DNA from: Actinomycetota bacterium
Lineage (GTDB): Bacteria > Actinomycetota > AC-67
Reading direction: 5' to 3'
NCBI GenBank assembly: GCA_046713235.1
Contig: JBKKBZ010000125.1
Span: forward strand, 6,573-70,572
Length of the DNA stretch: 64,000 bases
Made by a program: the position numbers and the translations under genes. The notes under the pieces were generated by a model, which saw nothing but the letters and a program-made list of their open reading frames with translations, was not told the DNA's origin and did not search any database. Below, one piece after another: positions 29,608-39,695 of this stretch; position 1 is the first letter of the stretch; each line of letters starts with the position of its first letter.

Positions 29608-29936
29608 ACGTCGGCGAGCTTACCTACGGCGACGGCGGGTTGATCCCGGCCGTCGTTCAGCAGAACGACAGCGGGGAGGTCCTCATGGTCGCCTGGATGG
29701 ACGCCGAGGCGGTGCGGCGGACCTTGGCCGACGGAACGACGTGGTTCTGGAGCCGTTCCCGCAAGGAGTACTGGAACAAGGGGGCGACCTCGGGCAACCT
29801 GCAGCGAGTGATCGAAGTCCGCGCCGACTGCGACGCCGATACCTTGCTCGTGCTGGTAGACGCCGCCGGTCCCGCGTGTCATACGGGCGCTCGCTCCTGT
29901 TTCTTCAATGCGCTGGAGGACGGCCGTGCCGGCTGA
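29604..29936 (+). CDS. hisI: Phosphoribosyl-AMP cyclohydrolase HisI
   Basis: 110 aa with conserved HisI motifs ([17 protein letters not shown]; CD..D...C). Confidence 0.9.
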   Translation: MNVGELTYGDGGLIPAVVQQNDSGEVLMVAWMDAEAVRRTLADGTTWFWSRSRKEYWNKGATSGNLQRVIEVRADCDADTLLVLVDAAGPACHTGARSCFFNALEDGRAG

Positions 29937-31416
29937 GTACGCGCCGTCACGCGAAGAGTTTGTTCGCCTTGCCCGCGACCACACGCTGGTGCCGGTCTGG
30001 CGCGAGATCCTGGGGGACCTCGAGACACCGGTCGGAGCCTACCGCAAGCTCGGCGGTGGTCCGGGGACGTTCCTGCTGGAGTCTGTGGAGCACGGCGAGC
30101 GCTGGGGCCGCTATTCGTTCATCGGCGTCGATCCGTTCCTCGAGATGCGCAGTCGCGCCGGCGCTGTCGAATTCATCGGCGATCCTCCGGCCGGCGTGTC
30201 GGAGGCGACCGATCCGCTCGACGCCCTGGAGCGCACACTCGGCGCCTACCGCGCTCCGGCCGTCCCCGGCCTGCCGCCGCTTCATGGTGGAGCCGTTGGA
30301 TATCTTGGCTACGACCTCGCGGGATACGTTGAGCGATTGCCGCACGCGAAGCCGGACGACCTCGGCCTGCCCGAGCTGTGGCTGCTCTTCACGGGACGCC
30401 TCCTAGTCTTCGACCACTTGCGGCAACGCTTGTCGGTTATCTCGAACGTGGTGATCGGTGACGATCCGGCGCGGCAATACGACGAGGCGATAGAGGCCGG
30501 AGAGGCGCTTGTGGCTAAGTTGTCGTCGCCGTCGGAAGGTTCACGCCCGATCACCTTGTCCACCGACCGGGAACCCACCGGCGTCCGGTCGTCGATGACT
30601 CCCGGGGAGTTCATAAACGCGGTCGAACGGGCAAAGGAGCACATCGCCGCCGGAGACATCTTTCAAGTTGTGCCTTCCCAGCGGTTCGAAGTGGAATGCA
30701 CGGCCGAGCCGTTCGATGTCTACCGCGTCCTCAGGCTCGTCAATCCAAGTCCCTACATGACCTTTCTGAGCTTCGAGGGTCTGTCGGTCGTCTGCTCGTC
30801 GCCGGAGCCGCTATTGAAGGTGGTGGGAGACGAGGTGATCTCTCGTCCGATTGCCGGAACGCGGCCGAGGGGGGCGACGCCCGAGGAAGACGCCAAGCTC
30901 GCCGACGAGCTGTTGAACGACGAAAAGGAGCGTGCCGAACACGTCATGTTGGTGGACCTAGCACGCAACGACCTCGGAAGGGTGTGCGAGCCGGGAACGG
31001 TGCGGATCAGCGAGCTCATGACCGTGGAGCGGTACTCGCATGTGATGCATATCGTGTCGGAGGTCCGGGGGCGACTCAGCGCCGGACGCACGGCGTTCGA
31101 CGCGCTCAAGGCTGCCTTCCCTGCCGGCACTGTTTCCGGCGCGCCCAAGATTCGCGCAATGGAAATCATCGAAGACCTCGAACCGGTGCGGCGAGGCCCG
31201 TACGCCGGCGGGATCGGCTACTTCGATTTCTCTGGGAACTTCGATGCCTGCATCACGCTGCGGACGGCGCTGATCGCGGACGGTACCGCGTACGTCCAGG
31301 CCGGTGCCGGAGTGGTCGCCGATTCCGTTCCGGAGCGCGAGGAAGCCGAAACACGCAACAAAGCCCGTGCGTTGCTCACTGCTATCGCGGGGGCCGAGGA
31401 GTTGAGCCGGGCGTGA
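29926..31416 (+). CDS. trpE: Anthranilate synthase component I TrpE
   Basis: A GTG at 29926 is preceded by the RBS GGAGGA and overlaps the hisI stop. The chorismate-binding domain carries the TrpE signature motifs. Confidence 0.88.
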   Translation: MPAEYAPSREEFVRLARDHTLVPVWREILGDLETPVGAYRKLGGGPGTFLLESVEHGERWGRYSFIGVDPFLEMRSRAGAVEFIGDPPAGVSEATDPLDALERTLGAYRAPAVPGLPPLHGGAVGYLGYDLAGYVERLPHAKPDDLGLPELWLLFTGRLLVFDHLRQRLSVISNVVIGDDPARQYDEAIEAGEALVAKLSSPSEGSRPITLSTDREPTGVRSSMTPGEFINAVERAKEHIAAGDIFQVVPSQRFEVECTAEPFDVYRVLRLVNPSPYMTFLSFEGLSVVCSSPEPLLKVVGDEVISRPIAGTRPRGATPEEDAKLADELLNDEKERAEHVMLVDLARNDLGRVCEPGTVRISELMTVERYSHVMHIVSEVRGRLSAGRTAFDALKAAFPAGTVSGAPKIRAMEIIEDLEPVRRGPYAGGIGYFDFSGNFDACITLRTALIADGTAYVQAGAGVVADSVPEREEAETRNKARALLTAIAGAEELSRA

Positions 31417-31459
31417 GATTCCCTCTGCGCCGTGGTTCAGAGGAGTCCGGGCCCTCGGC

Positions 31460-32416
31460 ATGAGGAGCCGCCGGCGCGGCTGCGTCGCCTTTGTGCTTCT
31501 GGTTTCCCTTGCCTGCACACGAGCGCCGGTCCGGCCGGATGCGGTCCCGAGTGCGACACCGGCCTCCCCATCCCCGAGCCCTGTTTCGTCGCCGTCGCCG
31601 CGGCCGGCCGTCTACGAGGCCGAACGGGCTCTCGAACACATTCGGATCCTCGCCCAAGAGATCGGCGTGCGCGAGGTCTCGAAGCCCGGATACCGCCGGG
31701 CTGCGGACTATGTTGCCGAGCAGTTCGGCGCCACCGGATACCGGGTCGTTCGCCAGACGGTGGCGATCCCGGCCGGCTCCAGCGAGGGGGTTCCGGTTCC
31801 GGCGACGAAGGCCGACAACGTGCTTGCGTACCCGCAGAATTTCGACCCAAGCCGGCCCCACCTAGTCGCCGGAGCCCATCTCGACACCGTCGCGGTCTCG
31901 CCGGGAGCCAACGACAACGGGACGGGTGTGGCCACGATTCTCGAGCTGGCTCGTCTTGCGTCGCTGGAGTCCACCCGGCTTCCGGTGGTTTGGGTGGCCC
32001 TTGCCGGAGAGGAACGTCGCTTCCGGCCCGACGGGGCACTGTTCGGGGCCAGGCACTATCTCAATTCGTTGTCGGCTCCGGAGCGCGCCTCGCTGCGCGG
32101 CATGTTCAATGTGGACATGGTCGGCAACGGACCGATCGTGCTCGTGTGTTCGAGAGGCACCGGGAAGCGGGGTTTCCTCGACCACACGATCGCCTCGGCA
32201 CGCAGGCTCAAGGTGCCCGTCCGCGAGCAGGTGGTGACCCGGTTCTTCAGTGATTCCGGCCCATTCGAAGGCGCCGGAGTGCCCGTCTCGTGGCTGTGGG
32301 CCGGGGAGCATCCGAGCGTGCACACTCCTCAGGATGTCCTCGGGGTGATCCGTATCGCCGACCTGGAGCGGTTCGGCCGTGTCGGCTGGGAGGCGCTACG
32401 CACCTTCCGCGGGTAG
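31460..32416 (+). CDS. M28-family zinc peptidase lipoprotein
   Basis: Signal peptide with a lipobox (LLVSLAC). M28 motifs are present (GAHLDTV, NDNGTGVA, the glutamate region EERRF, DMVG). Pro/Ser-rich linker after the lipobox. Confidence 0.7.
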   Translation: MRSRRRGCVAFVLLVSLACTRAPVRPDAVPSATPASPSPSPVSSPSPRPAVYEAERALEHIRILAQEIGVREVSKPGYRRAADYVAEQFGATGYRVVRQTVAIPAGSSEGVPVPATKADNVLAYPQNFDPSRPHLVAGAHLDTVAVSPGANDNGTGVATILELARLASLESTRLPVVWVALAGEERRFRPDGALFGARHYLNSLSAPERASLRGMFNVDMVGNGPIVLVCSRGTGKRGFLDHTIASARRLKVPVREQVVTRFFSDSGPFEGAGVPVSWLWAGEHPSVHTPQDVLGVIRIADLERFGRVGWEALRTFRG

Positions 32417-33236
32417 CGTTTGGCGATCGCGCTATCATCGTCCTGTCTTGGCTAGTTCCTTTCTCGAGCGCGTCGTCGCCGCACGCCGGGACGACGCCGA
32501 ACGACGCCGTATGGGCGGCGCGCTGGAGCTTGCGCGCGAAGCTGCCGCTGCAGCAGGAGAACCACGCGACTTCGCCGGGGTGATCGGTCGTCCCGGGATC
32601 TCTCTCATTGCCGAGATCAAGCGCGCCTCCCCGTCGGCGGGAGACATCGCCTCGGATGCGCGGCCTGCCCTGCTCGCGAAGTCGTATGAGTTGGGCGGTG
32701 CCTCGGCCCTCAGCGTGCTCACCGAGCCGGAGCATTTTCACGGATCGCTAGAGGACCTGCGCGCCGCGCGCGAAGCGGTCAGGATTCCGGCTCTCCGCAA
32801 GGATTTCCTCTGCGACCCCCTCCATCTGTGGGAGGCTCGGGCGGCCGGCGCCGACGCTGTGCTGCTCATCGTCGCCGCCCTTTCGATGGCCGAGCTCGAT
32901 GCGCTTCTCGACGTTGCAACGTCGATCGGGTTGGGCGTGCTCGTCGAGGCCCATACCGAGGAAGAGGTGGACCGGGCGTTAGAGGTGAATGCCGGAGTCA
33001 TCGGGATCAACACACGAAACCTCGCGACGTTGGAGGTGGATCCCAACGTGGCGCGTCGTCTGCGGCCACGTCTTCCCGAGGGGGTCCTTGCGGTTGCCGA
33101 GAGTGGGGTGTCGACGCGACAGGACGTTCGAGCACTGGAAGCGCTGGGGTTCGATGCGGTGCTCGTGGGCGAGTCACTGATGCGCTCGGACGATCCCCGA
33201 GCCAAGGTGCGCGAGCTTCTCGGGGATCGAGACTAG
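32379..33236 (+). CDS. trpC: Indole-3-glycerol phosphate synthase TrpC (start possibly TTG at 32448)
   Basis: The IGPS core is present (IAEIKRASPSAGDI...). The ORF-track ATG overlaps the upstream gene by 38 nt. A TTG at 32448 gives a shorter, plausible N-terminus. Confidence 0.82.
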   Translation: MSAGRRYAPSAGSVWRSRYHRPVLASSFLERVVAARRDDAERRRMGGALELAREAAAAAGEPRDFAGVIGRPGISLIAEIKRASPSAGDIASDARPALLAKSYELGGASALSVLTEPEHFHGSLEDLRAAREAVRIPALRKDFLCDPLHLWEARAAGADAVLLIVAALSMAELDALLDVATSIGLGVLVEAHTEEEVDRALEVNAGVIGINTRNLATLEVDPNVARRLRPRLPEGVLAVAESGVSTRQDVRALEALGFDAVLVGESLMRSDDPRAKVRELLGDRD

Positions 33237-34969
33237 TGGGCTCTACGGCGGAATGGGTCAGGGCGGCGGCGGCAGACGATGTGCCCGACGGCGGTGCGAA
33301 GCTCTTCCGGTACCTCGACAAGCGGATCGCGCTTTTCAAGACGCCTCGGGGAATTTTCGCGACCGACAACCGCTGCCCGCACGAGGGCTATGCGCTTGTG
33401 CAAGGTACGGTGAAAGACGGGGTCCTCACCTGCGCATGGCACAACTGGAAGTTCGAGCTGGCCGGCGGCTCCTGCATTTTCGGAGGAGAAAACGTCAGGA
33501 CCTATCCGGTCGAGTTGCGGGGCGGTGATATTTGGGTGGACATCGCCGACCCGCCGGCCGAAGAGATCCAGCCGGCGCTTTTCGCGAGCCTCCTGGAGGC
33601 GATGGGTGAGGTCGATATCGGCCGGCTCGCGCGCGACACCATGCGGCTGCAGAGAATCGGCACTCCGATTGCAGAGGTCGTGCGCCAAGGGGTTCATTTC
33701 GGCGCGCCGCGCCTCGAGTATGGGTGGAACCATTCGCTGGCCACGCTTGCAGACTGTCTCAATATCGCCGCGATGCTCGGCGGGCCGCTCGATTCGCTGC
33801 CGGTAGTCCAAGGCCTCTCGGTCGTCTCCGAGACCGAGGTTCGCCGTCCGCCGCGTCCGCGTCCCGACCCCGTCGACCCGGTCGCAACCTACGGTTCGAC
33901 GGATGATGCTCTGCGTGCGTATCCGGGGCTGGTCGATGACGAGCGCGCGGATGAAGCCGAGGCGCTGCTTCGCGGGCTCATCCTTGCGGGGGTAGAGGCG
34001 GAGCGCATCAGGCATGCGCTCCTGTCGGCCATCACCGACCATTTCCTGTCTTACGGCCACCCCATCATCTATTGCCAGAAAGCGTTTGAGCTCCTCGATC
34101 GAATCGGGTGGGAGGAGGCGGATACGGTTCTGGGTCCGCTGGTCCCCAACATGACCTTGGCGACGCGGTACGACGTCCTGCCGTACATGGCCCGCTTTCT
34201 TCGGGAATGGCGCTCGGCAAAGCCGGATCTCACCGCACTTCTGAAGCGTGGGCAGGAGTCTGCATTCGATGTGCCGGGCTTCCGGCGGGCCCTGCTGGAT
34301 GGAAGCCCCGAAGAGGCGTTCGCGTCTCTTCACGGCGCACTGGAGGCCGGAGTCCCGGTGCCGCAGATCATCGATGCAACGTCACAAGCGGCTGCCGAGC
34401 GGTTCGCACGTTTCGACATCGATCTCGATGTCGACGACACCAACGAATGGGGGTGGCTGGACGTCACCCACACGCTCACCTATACAGACGCATTGAGGTG
34501 GGCCTGGTCGTCGGATCCCTCTCCGGAAGTCCTTCGGGGACTGTTCCACGCCGCATGGTTCGTCCAGTGGACGGGCCGGCTCGATGCGCGCGATGCCACG
34601 CGCGGACCGAAGCCGTTCGAGAACTCGGACGCCTCGCAGATTCTCGCGGCGGTAAGGTCCCGCGATCCCGATAAGGCCGTGGCGGTGGTACGAGGGTTCT
34701 TGGGGCCTAGGGACGACCTGGAGCGTGCGATGGCTCAGGCGGCCGCGGAAGATCAGCACACGGCGCCGATCATGGTCGCGCACAGTGTGAAGACCTCTCG
34801 CGCGGCGATTGTTGAGTCCCGCGCGCTGGGCGACGGAGCCGAAGGGCGAGAACCGATTGCCGCCGCGGCACGGTTTCTCGCCTCGCCGAAACGGGAGCGC
34901 TTCGTGTACAACGCGACCCTCGAAGCGATCGCATTCGTCCAAGGTCGTGCAAAGGGCGACGATCGGTAG
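33236..34969 (+). CDS. Rieske [2Fe-2S] domain protein fused to a ~450-aa uncharacterised C-terminal domain
   Basis: A GTG at 33236 overlaps the trpC stop as TAGTG. The N-terminal ~100 aa contain CPHEG...(17 aa)...CAWHNWKF, a Rieske ferredoxin-type CxH/CxxH signature. The rest shows no recognisable motif. Confidence 0.6.
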   Translation: MGSTAEWVRAAAADDVPDGGAKLFRYLDKRIALFKTPRGIFATDNRCPHEGYALVQGTVKDGVLTCAWHNWKFELAGGSCIFGGENVRTYPVELRGGDIWVDIADPPAEEIQPALFASLLEAMGEVDIGRLARDTMRLQRIGTPIAEVVRQGVHFGAPRLEYGWNHSLATLADCLNIAAMLGGPLDSLPVVQGLSVVSETEVRRPPRPRPDPVDPVATYGSTDDALRAYPGLVDDERADEAEALLRGLILAGVEAERIRHALLSAITDHFLSYGHPIIYCQKAFELLDRIGWEEADTVLGPLVPNMTLATRYDVLPYMARFLREWRSAKPDLTALLKRGQESAFDVPGFRRALLDGSPEEAFASLHGALEAGVPVPQIIDATSQAAAERFARFDIDLDVDDTNEWGWLDVTHTLTYTDALRWAWSSDPSPEVLRGLFHAAWFVQWTGRLDARDATRGPKPFENSDASQILAAVRSRDPDKAVAVVRGFLGPRDDLERAMAQAAAEDQHTAPIMVAHSVKTSRAAIVESRALGDGAEGREPIAAAARFLASPKRERFVYNATLEAIAFVQGRAKGDDR

Positions 34970-35011
34970 CCGACCGGTGACGGCCGGGGTCGCGACCGCT
35001 ACAGTGGTTCA

Positions 35012-35452
35012 ATGAAGCGGCCGGGCAATCGCTGGCAAGAGGTGCTGGACGAAATCGTGGCCGGGACGGCCGAGCCCCCGCCGTGCGTGGTGACGCTTCG
35101 GCTGCCCTCGATCGACGGGTGGGAGCCGGGTCGCGTGTGGGGAAGCTGGAAGGTCGATCCCGACATGTTCCATGGGGGAGGGGCGTTGTTCGGCGGATAC
35201 CTCGCCGCGCTGGCCGATTCGGCCGTCGGCTTGGCGATGCTCTCGACGCTGGACAATGACGAGCTCTTCACCACCTCCGACCTACGGTTGTCGTTCTTCC
35301 GTCCGGTGCTAGACGGAACGATCGAGTTCGTGGCGGAGGTTCTTCACCGTGGCCGCCGGCAGGCGCACGTCGAGGTGATCTTTCTGAACGACAAGGACAA
35401 GGTCATCGGCAAGGCGACGGCAACGCAGGTCATCACGCCGATCGGCGGTTGA
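35012..35452 (+). CDS. PaaI/hotdog-fold acyl-CoA thioesterase family protein
   Basis: 146 aa with the hotdog motif HGGALFGGYLAALADSAVG. Confidence 0.6.
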   Translation: MKRPGNRWQEVLDEIVAGTAEPPPCVVTLRLPSIDGWEPGRVWGSWKVDPDMFHGGGALFGGYLAALADSAVGLAMLSTLDNDELFTTSDLRLSFFRPVLDGTIEFVAEVLHRGRRQAHVEVIFLNDKDKVIGKATATQVITPIGG

Positions 35453-35526
35453 AGCAGAAGGCCCTTTCCCTCGGCGGCGTGTGCATTCCGCCACTCCGGT
35501 AGCGCGGCGCCGATAGACTCCTCAGC

Positions 35527-36726
35527 GTGAATACACCCTCCCTCGAACCCGATGCCGGGGGCCATTTCGGTCGCTTCGGCGGGCGGTTCGTGCCGGAAGC
35601 CCTCATGGCGGCGCTGACCGAGCTCGAGGAGGCCTTTACGGCGTCGCGGTCCGACCGGGAGTTCCTCGACGAGCTCGACGGACTTCGCCGGTCGTATGCC
35701 GGCCGCCCGACCCCGTTGTGGTATGCGCGCAACCTCAGCGAGCGGCTCGGTGGACCGCGGATCTATCTGAAGCGCGAAGATCTCGCACATACCGGAGCAC
35801 ACAAGATCAACAACACGCTCGGTCAGTGCCTTCTCGCGAGTCGCATGGGGAAGAAGCGGATCATCGCGGAGACCGGCGCGGGGCAGCACGGCGTAGCGAC
35901 CGCCACCGCGGCGGCCCTCTTCGGACAAGAGTGCGTCGTGTACATGGGGGAGGAGGACACCCGCCGCCAGGCGCTCAACGTCTTTCGCATGGAACAGCTC
36001 GGCGCCACGGTCGTTCCGGTCGCGGCCGGGTCGCGCACGCTCAAGGATGCCATCAACGAAGCGCTCCGGGACTGGGTGACCAACGTCGAGTCCACCCACT
36101 ACGTCATCGGCTCCGTCGTCGGTCCGCATCCCTTCCCGCTGCTGGTGCGCGAGTTCCAAAAGATCATCGGCGAAGAGGCTCGCGCGCAGATCGAACACGC
36201 CGAAGGCAGGCTGCCCGACACAGTCGTGGCTTGTGTGGGCGGAGGCTCAAACGCGATCGGGATCTTCCACGGCTTTCTCGGGTCGCCGGGCGTGAAGCTC
36301 GTCGGGGTGGAAGCGGCGGGCCGCGGGCTAAGCTCGGGGGAACACTCCGCGACCATCTCGGGCGGCGAGCCGGGCGTCCTGCACGGTGCGCTGTCGATGC
36401 TGCTCCAAGACGCCGACGGCCAGGTGCGGCCCACTCATTCGATCTCGGCAGGCTTGGATTACCCGGGTGTCGGGCCGGAGCACGCGCACCTCAACGAGAT
36501 CGGGATGGCGACGTACTACACGGCCACCGATGAAGAGGCCTTGGAAGCCTTCGGTCTCCTCGCGCGCACCGAGGGCATCCTCCCTGCGCTGGAACCCGCA
36601 CATGCGCTCGCTTGGGTCGCCCGCAACAGCGACACCGCCGGGGAGGTCGTCGTGGTGAATCTCTCCGGGCGCGGGGATAAGGACGTGGAACAGATCCGGC
36701 GGCATGTCGGCGGCAATGACTTCTGA
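35527..36726 (+). CDS. trpB: Tryptophan synthase beta chain TrpB
   Basis: GTG start. [14 protein letters not shown] at the N-terminus and the PLP-lysine region [11 protein letters not shown]. Confidence 0.93.
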   Translation: MNTPSLEPDAGGHFGRFGGRFVPEALMAALTELEEAFTASRSDREFLDELDGLRRSYAGRPTPLWYARNLSERLGGPRIYLKREDLAHTGAHKINNTLGQCLLASRMGKKRIIAETGAGQHGVATATAAALFGQECVVYMGEEDTRRQALNVFRMEQLGATVVPVAAGSRTLKDAINEALRDWVTNVESTHYVIGSVVGPHPFPLLVREFQKIIGEEARAQIEHAEGRLPDTVVACVGGGSNAIGIFHGFLGSPGVKLVGVEAAGRGLSSGEHSATISGGEPGVLHGALSMLLQDADGQVRPTHSISAGLDYPGVGPEHAHLNEIGMATYYTATDEEALEAFGLLARTEGILPALEPAHALAWVARNSDTAGEVVVVNLSGRGDKDVEQIRRHVGGNDF

Positions 36727-37528
36727 GAGCAAGCCGCTTGAGCGGCTCGATGCCGCGTTCCGGCGCGGCCGCGAGACCCACCGCGCCTTGCTGATGCCGT
36801 ATCTGGTCGTGGGTTACCCGGACGACGAAACCTTCGTGCGCATCGCCGCCGCCTGTGCGGCGGAAGCCGACGTCCTAGAGCTCGGGATCCCGTTCTCGGA
36901 CCCGATCATGGACGGACCGGTGATCCAGCGCGCAACGACGAGTGTCTTGGACCGAGGGCTACCGATCGACAAGGCGCTGGGCCTCATCGAGCGCGCGGTC
37001 TCGTCGTCGGGCCTTCCGTCGGTTGTGATGACCTACTACAACATCATCTTTCGTCGCGGTCTCGAGACATTCGCGAAAGAATTGGCCCGCGCAGGAGTAA
37101 CGGGGGCGATTGTGCCGGACCTCCCCGTTGAGGAATCGGCCGGCTGGTGTGAGGCCTGTGCCGGAGCCGGAATCGCGCCGGTGATGATCGCCGCGCCGAC
37201 GTCGACGGCGCCGCGACTTCGCGCGCTGGCGGCGGCCGGCAAGGGGTTCGTGTATGCGGCGTCGACGCTGGGCGTGACGGGAGTCAGGGAGTCGCTGTCG
37301 GAGCGCGCAAGGGAGCTGGTGGCCTCGCTGCGAGCGGTGACCAATACCCCCATAGCCGTCGGCATCGGTGTCTCCACGCCGGCTCACGTAGTGGAGGTTG
37401 CGACCTATGCCGACGGGGTCATAGTCGGCAGCGCCGTCGTCAAGGCGATAGAGGAGAGCACCGACCCGGTACACGCCGTCGGTGAGCTTGTTCGGCGACT
37501 CGCTTTGACGACGAACAAGCCGGATTGA
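36704..37528 (+). CDS. trpA: Tryptophan synthase alpha chain TrpA
   Basis: Overlaps the trpB end. TIM-barrel TrpA motifs are present ([11 protein letters not shown]; [14 protein letters not shown]). Confidence 0.9.
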   Translation: MSAAMTSESKPLERLDAAFRRGRETHRALLMPYLVVGYPDDETFVRIAAACAAEADVLELGIPFSDPIMDGPVIQRATTSVLDRGLPIDKALGLIERAVSSSGLPSVVMTYYNIIFRRGLETFAKELARAGVTGAIVPDLPVEESAGWCEACAGAGIAPVMIAAPTSTAPRLRALAAAGKGFVYAASTLGVTGVRESLSERARELVASLRAVTNTPIAVGIGVSTPAHVVEVATYADGVIVGSAVVKAIEESTDPVHAVGELVRRLALTTNKPD

Positions 37529-37547
37529 GGTTATTCTTTTGCCTTCG

Positions 37548-37632
37548 GCCGGGGTGGCGGAATGGGATACGCGATGGATTCAAAATCCATTGGGGGCAAC
37601 CTCGTGAGGGTTCGAGTCCCTCCCCCGGCACC
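37548..37632 (+). tRNA. tRNA-Leu (anticodon CAA), class II with long variable arm
   Basis: Manually folded. The acceptor GCCGGGG pairs with CCCCGGC. The anticodon stem ATGGA/TCCAT has loop TTCAAAA. Variable arm GGGG-GCAA-CCTC. T-arm GAGGG-TTCGAGT-CCCTC. Discriminator A followed by CC. Confidence 0.8.
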
Positions 37633-37647
37633 GAGAAGGGAGCACTG

Positions 37648-38631
37648 ATGCGCGCGGTTCTCTGCAAGGAACACGGCTCGCCGGAATCCCTCGTTGTGGA
37701 GGACGTCCCTTCACCGTCGCCCGGACCGAACGGCGTCGTGGTCGAGGTTCGCGCATGCGGCGTGAACTTCCCCGACACGCTGATCATCCAAGGGAAATAC
37801 CAGTTCCAGCCCGACCTTCCCTTCTCACCTGGAGGCGAGGTTGCCGGTGTGGTCAAGGAAGCCGGGGAGATGGTCCACGGCTTCAAGCCCGGCGACCCCG
37901 TGATCGCTTTCACCGGCTGGGGTGGCTTCGCCGAGGAGGTGCTCACCGACCCGTCGCATCTGATGCCGATGCCGGACGGCATGGATTTTGCGACCGCCGC
38001 ATCCTTCGTAATGACCTACGGGACGTCGATGCACGCGCTCGCCGACCGCGCCGACCTGCAACCGGGTGAGACCCTGCTCGTGCTCGGCGCAGCCGGAGGG
38101 GTCGGCCTAGCGGCCGTGGAGATCGGCAAGGCGATGGGGGCACGGGTGATCGCCGCCGCCTCGGACGACGGCAAGCTCGAGTTCTGCCGCGCCCACGGCG
38201 CCGACGCGACGGTGAACTACGAAACCGAGGACCTCAAGCAAAGGGTCAAAGACATGACCGCCGGAGACGGCGCGGACGTGGTGTACGACCCGGTTGGCGG
38301 GCCCTACAGCGAGCCGGCCCTCCGCGCGACCGCGTGGGCGGGGCGCTATCTGGTTGTGGGCTTCGCCTCGGGCGAGATCCCGCGCATCCCGCTGAACCTC
38401 ACGCTGCTGAAAGGGTGCTCCGTCGTCGGTGTGTTCTACGGAGCATTTGCTGCGCGGGACCCGGCGCGCAACGGCGCGAACCTCAAGCGGCTGGTCGGCT
38501 GGTTTTCCGACGCCACCCTCAAGCCACACATCGACGCCACCTATCCGCTCGAGCGCGCAGCCGAAGCGCTCAACGAGGTTCTCGCGCGGCGCGTCCGCGG
38601 GAAGGTCGTGCTGGTCACCGATCCTCGCTGA
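37648..38631 (+). CDS. NADPH:quinone oxidoreductase / zinc-binding alcohol dehydrogenase (MDR) family protein
   Basis: An ATG at 37648 is preceded by the RBS GAAGGGA. GroES-like N-terminus and a Rossmann motif (LVLGAAGGVGLAAVEIGKAMGA). The ORF-track start at 37525 runs through the tRNA and is rejected. Confidence 0.8.
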   Translation: MRAVLCKEHGSPESLVVEDVPSPSPGPNGVVVEVRACGVNFPDTLIIQGKYQFQPDLPFSPGGEVAGVVKEAGEMVHGFKPGDPVIAFTGWGGFAEEVLTDPSHLMPMPDGMDFATAASFVMTYGTSMHALADRADLQPGETLLVLGAAGGVGLAAVEIGKAMGARVIAAASDDGKLEFCRAHGADATVNYETEDLKQRVKDMTAGDGADVVYDPVGGPYSEPALRATAWAGRYLVVGFASGEIPRIPLNLTLLKGCSVVGVFYGAFAARDPARNGANLKRLVGWFSDATLKPHIDATYPLERAAEALNEVLARRVRGKVVLVTDPR

Positions 38632-39196
38632 GTCCGCCGTCAACAGGCAGGTCCTGCTCGTCTACCGTGACGTCGATCGGCGCCGGCTGCTCTGAGTCTC
38701 TCGGCCGGCCGAAGATCCACAGCATCCCTCCGGTTACGAGCAAGGCGACGGCCGGAATGCCGTACGGACGCATGATTCCCGCGGCGTCGAGATTGCGTTC
38801 CCGATCCAAACACTCAAGGCGGCCGGCCTCGTCTGGGCCCTTCGAAGGGAACCGTTTCTCACAGCGGACCTCGGCGAACACGGCCGGACTCCGGGCGTGC
38901 TGATACACCAATCCCAAGCCGTACAGGAGGGGAAAGATGGCGGCAACCGCGAATCCGAGGCCGACGATCCGCCTCGCCGTCCATCGCTTTCGCCGGTACA
39001 CAACTGGATCGTAGCCTGGTACGGGTTCATCGATGATCGTCCGGAACACCCGATACCCACCCGGCCAGACGTCTTGACCTGTTCCGACATGTACGATATA
39101 TTGAACGGCAGGGCTTGGTTTGGTATCTCGACAAGCAATGGGGGGACCAATGAGGGATAAGCGACACCGGCTGACATCGACTGTGCTCCTTCTCAC
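38615..39196 (-). CDS. Hypothetical membrane protein (two predicted TM helices); start uncertain
   Basis: ORF with two hydrophobic segments. Its 5' end overlaps the divergent 39150 gene, so the real start may be internal. Local GC looks lower than the flanks. Confidence 0.3.
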   Translation of the reverse strand: MRRSTVDVSRCRLSLIGPPIACRDTKPSPAVQYIVHVGTGQDVWPGGYRVFRTIIDEPVPGYDPVVYRRKRWTARRIVGLGFAVAAIFPLLYGLGLVYQHARSPAVFAEVRCEKRFPSKGPDEAGRLECLDRERNLDAAGIMRPYGIPAVALLVTGGMLWIFGRPRDSEQPAPIDVTVDEQDLPVDGGLSEDR

Positions 39197-39575
39197 CTTG
39201 CTCGCGACCGCGTTCGTCGTGTTTCAGGCGGCGGGGGGCAATCGGGCCGAGGCTGGGAACGGCTGCGCCAGGCTCTCGTTGAATATCGACCCGCTGGTGG
39301 CACATCCGGGAGACCGGGTGAACATCACCACGGGAGCGTTGAACTGCGGGAGTCAGATCCTGAAGCTGAAGATTCAAACGAAGGTCACCCCTCCGGCGCC
39401 GTGCCGGATCTCGACCTCGAACTCCCGGTTCATGCTCAAGCCGCAGCAGCTCGGCCACTTTAAGATTCAGTTCAAGCCCAAGTGCAAGGGTCAGCACATC
39501 GTCCATTCAGCCGCACAGGATGAGGACACGCTCGACCTTCTGGGAGAAATACAAGGCACTTTCGACGTCGTCTGA
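39150..39575 (+). CDS. Small secreted hypothetical protein (signal peptide, two Cys pairs)
   Basis: An ATG at 39150 is preceded by a GGGGGGA RBS. The N-terminus MRDKRHRLTSTVLLLTLLATAFVVFQAAGG is signal-peptide-like. The mature ~110 aa are beta-rich and lysine-rich with four Cys. The gene is followed by a perfect hairpin. Confidence 0.5.
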   Translation: MRDKRHRLTSTVLLLTLLATAFVVFQAAGGNRAEAGNGCARLSLNIDPLVAHPGDRVNITTGALNCGSQILKLKIQTKVTPPAPCRISTSNSRFMLKPQQLGHFKIQFKPKCKGQHIVHSAAQDEDTLDLLGEIQGTFDVV

Positions 39576-39600
39576 ACCATCCACGCTAGGCCAAGCCCAT

Positions 39601-39629
39601 CACAGACCCGCCCTAGAGGCGGGTCTGTG
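39601..39629 (+). terminator. Intrinsic-terminator-like hairpin: 12-bp perfect stem CACAGACCCGCC/GGCGGGTCTGTG with 5-nt loop
   Basis: The perfect inverted repeat lies 26 nt after the stop of the 39150 ORF. It is followed by GCTTTGCTG. Confidence 0.55.
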
Positions 39630-39695
39630 GCTTTGCTGATCCCGAGCCGCCCGTCGCGCTAGACAAACCTGCCCCGTCGCCCACACACTTCCGTC

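Noticed and set aside
37525-38631. ORF-track start of the oxidoreductase at 37525
   Set aside because: The first 41 codons run through the tRNA-Leu gene. The real start is ATG 37648, which has an RBS.
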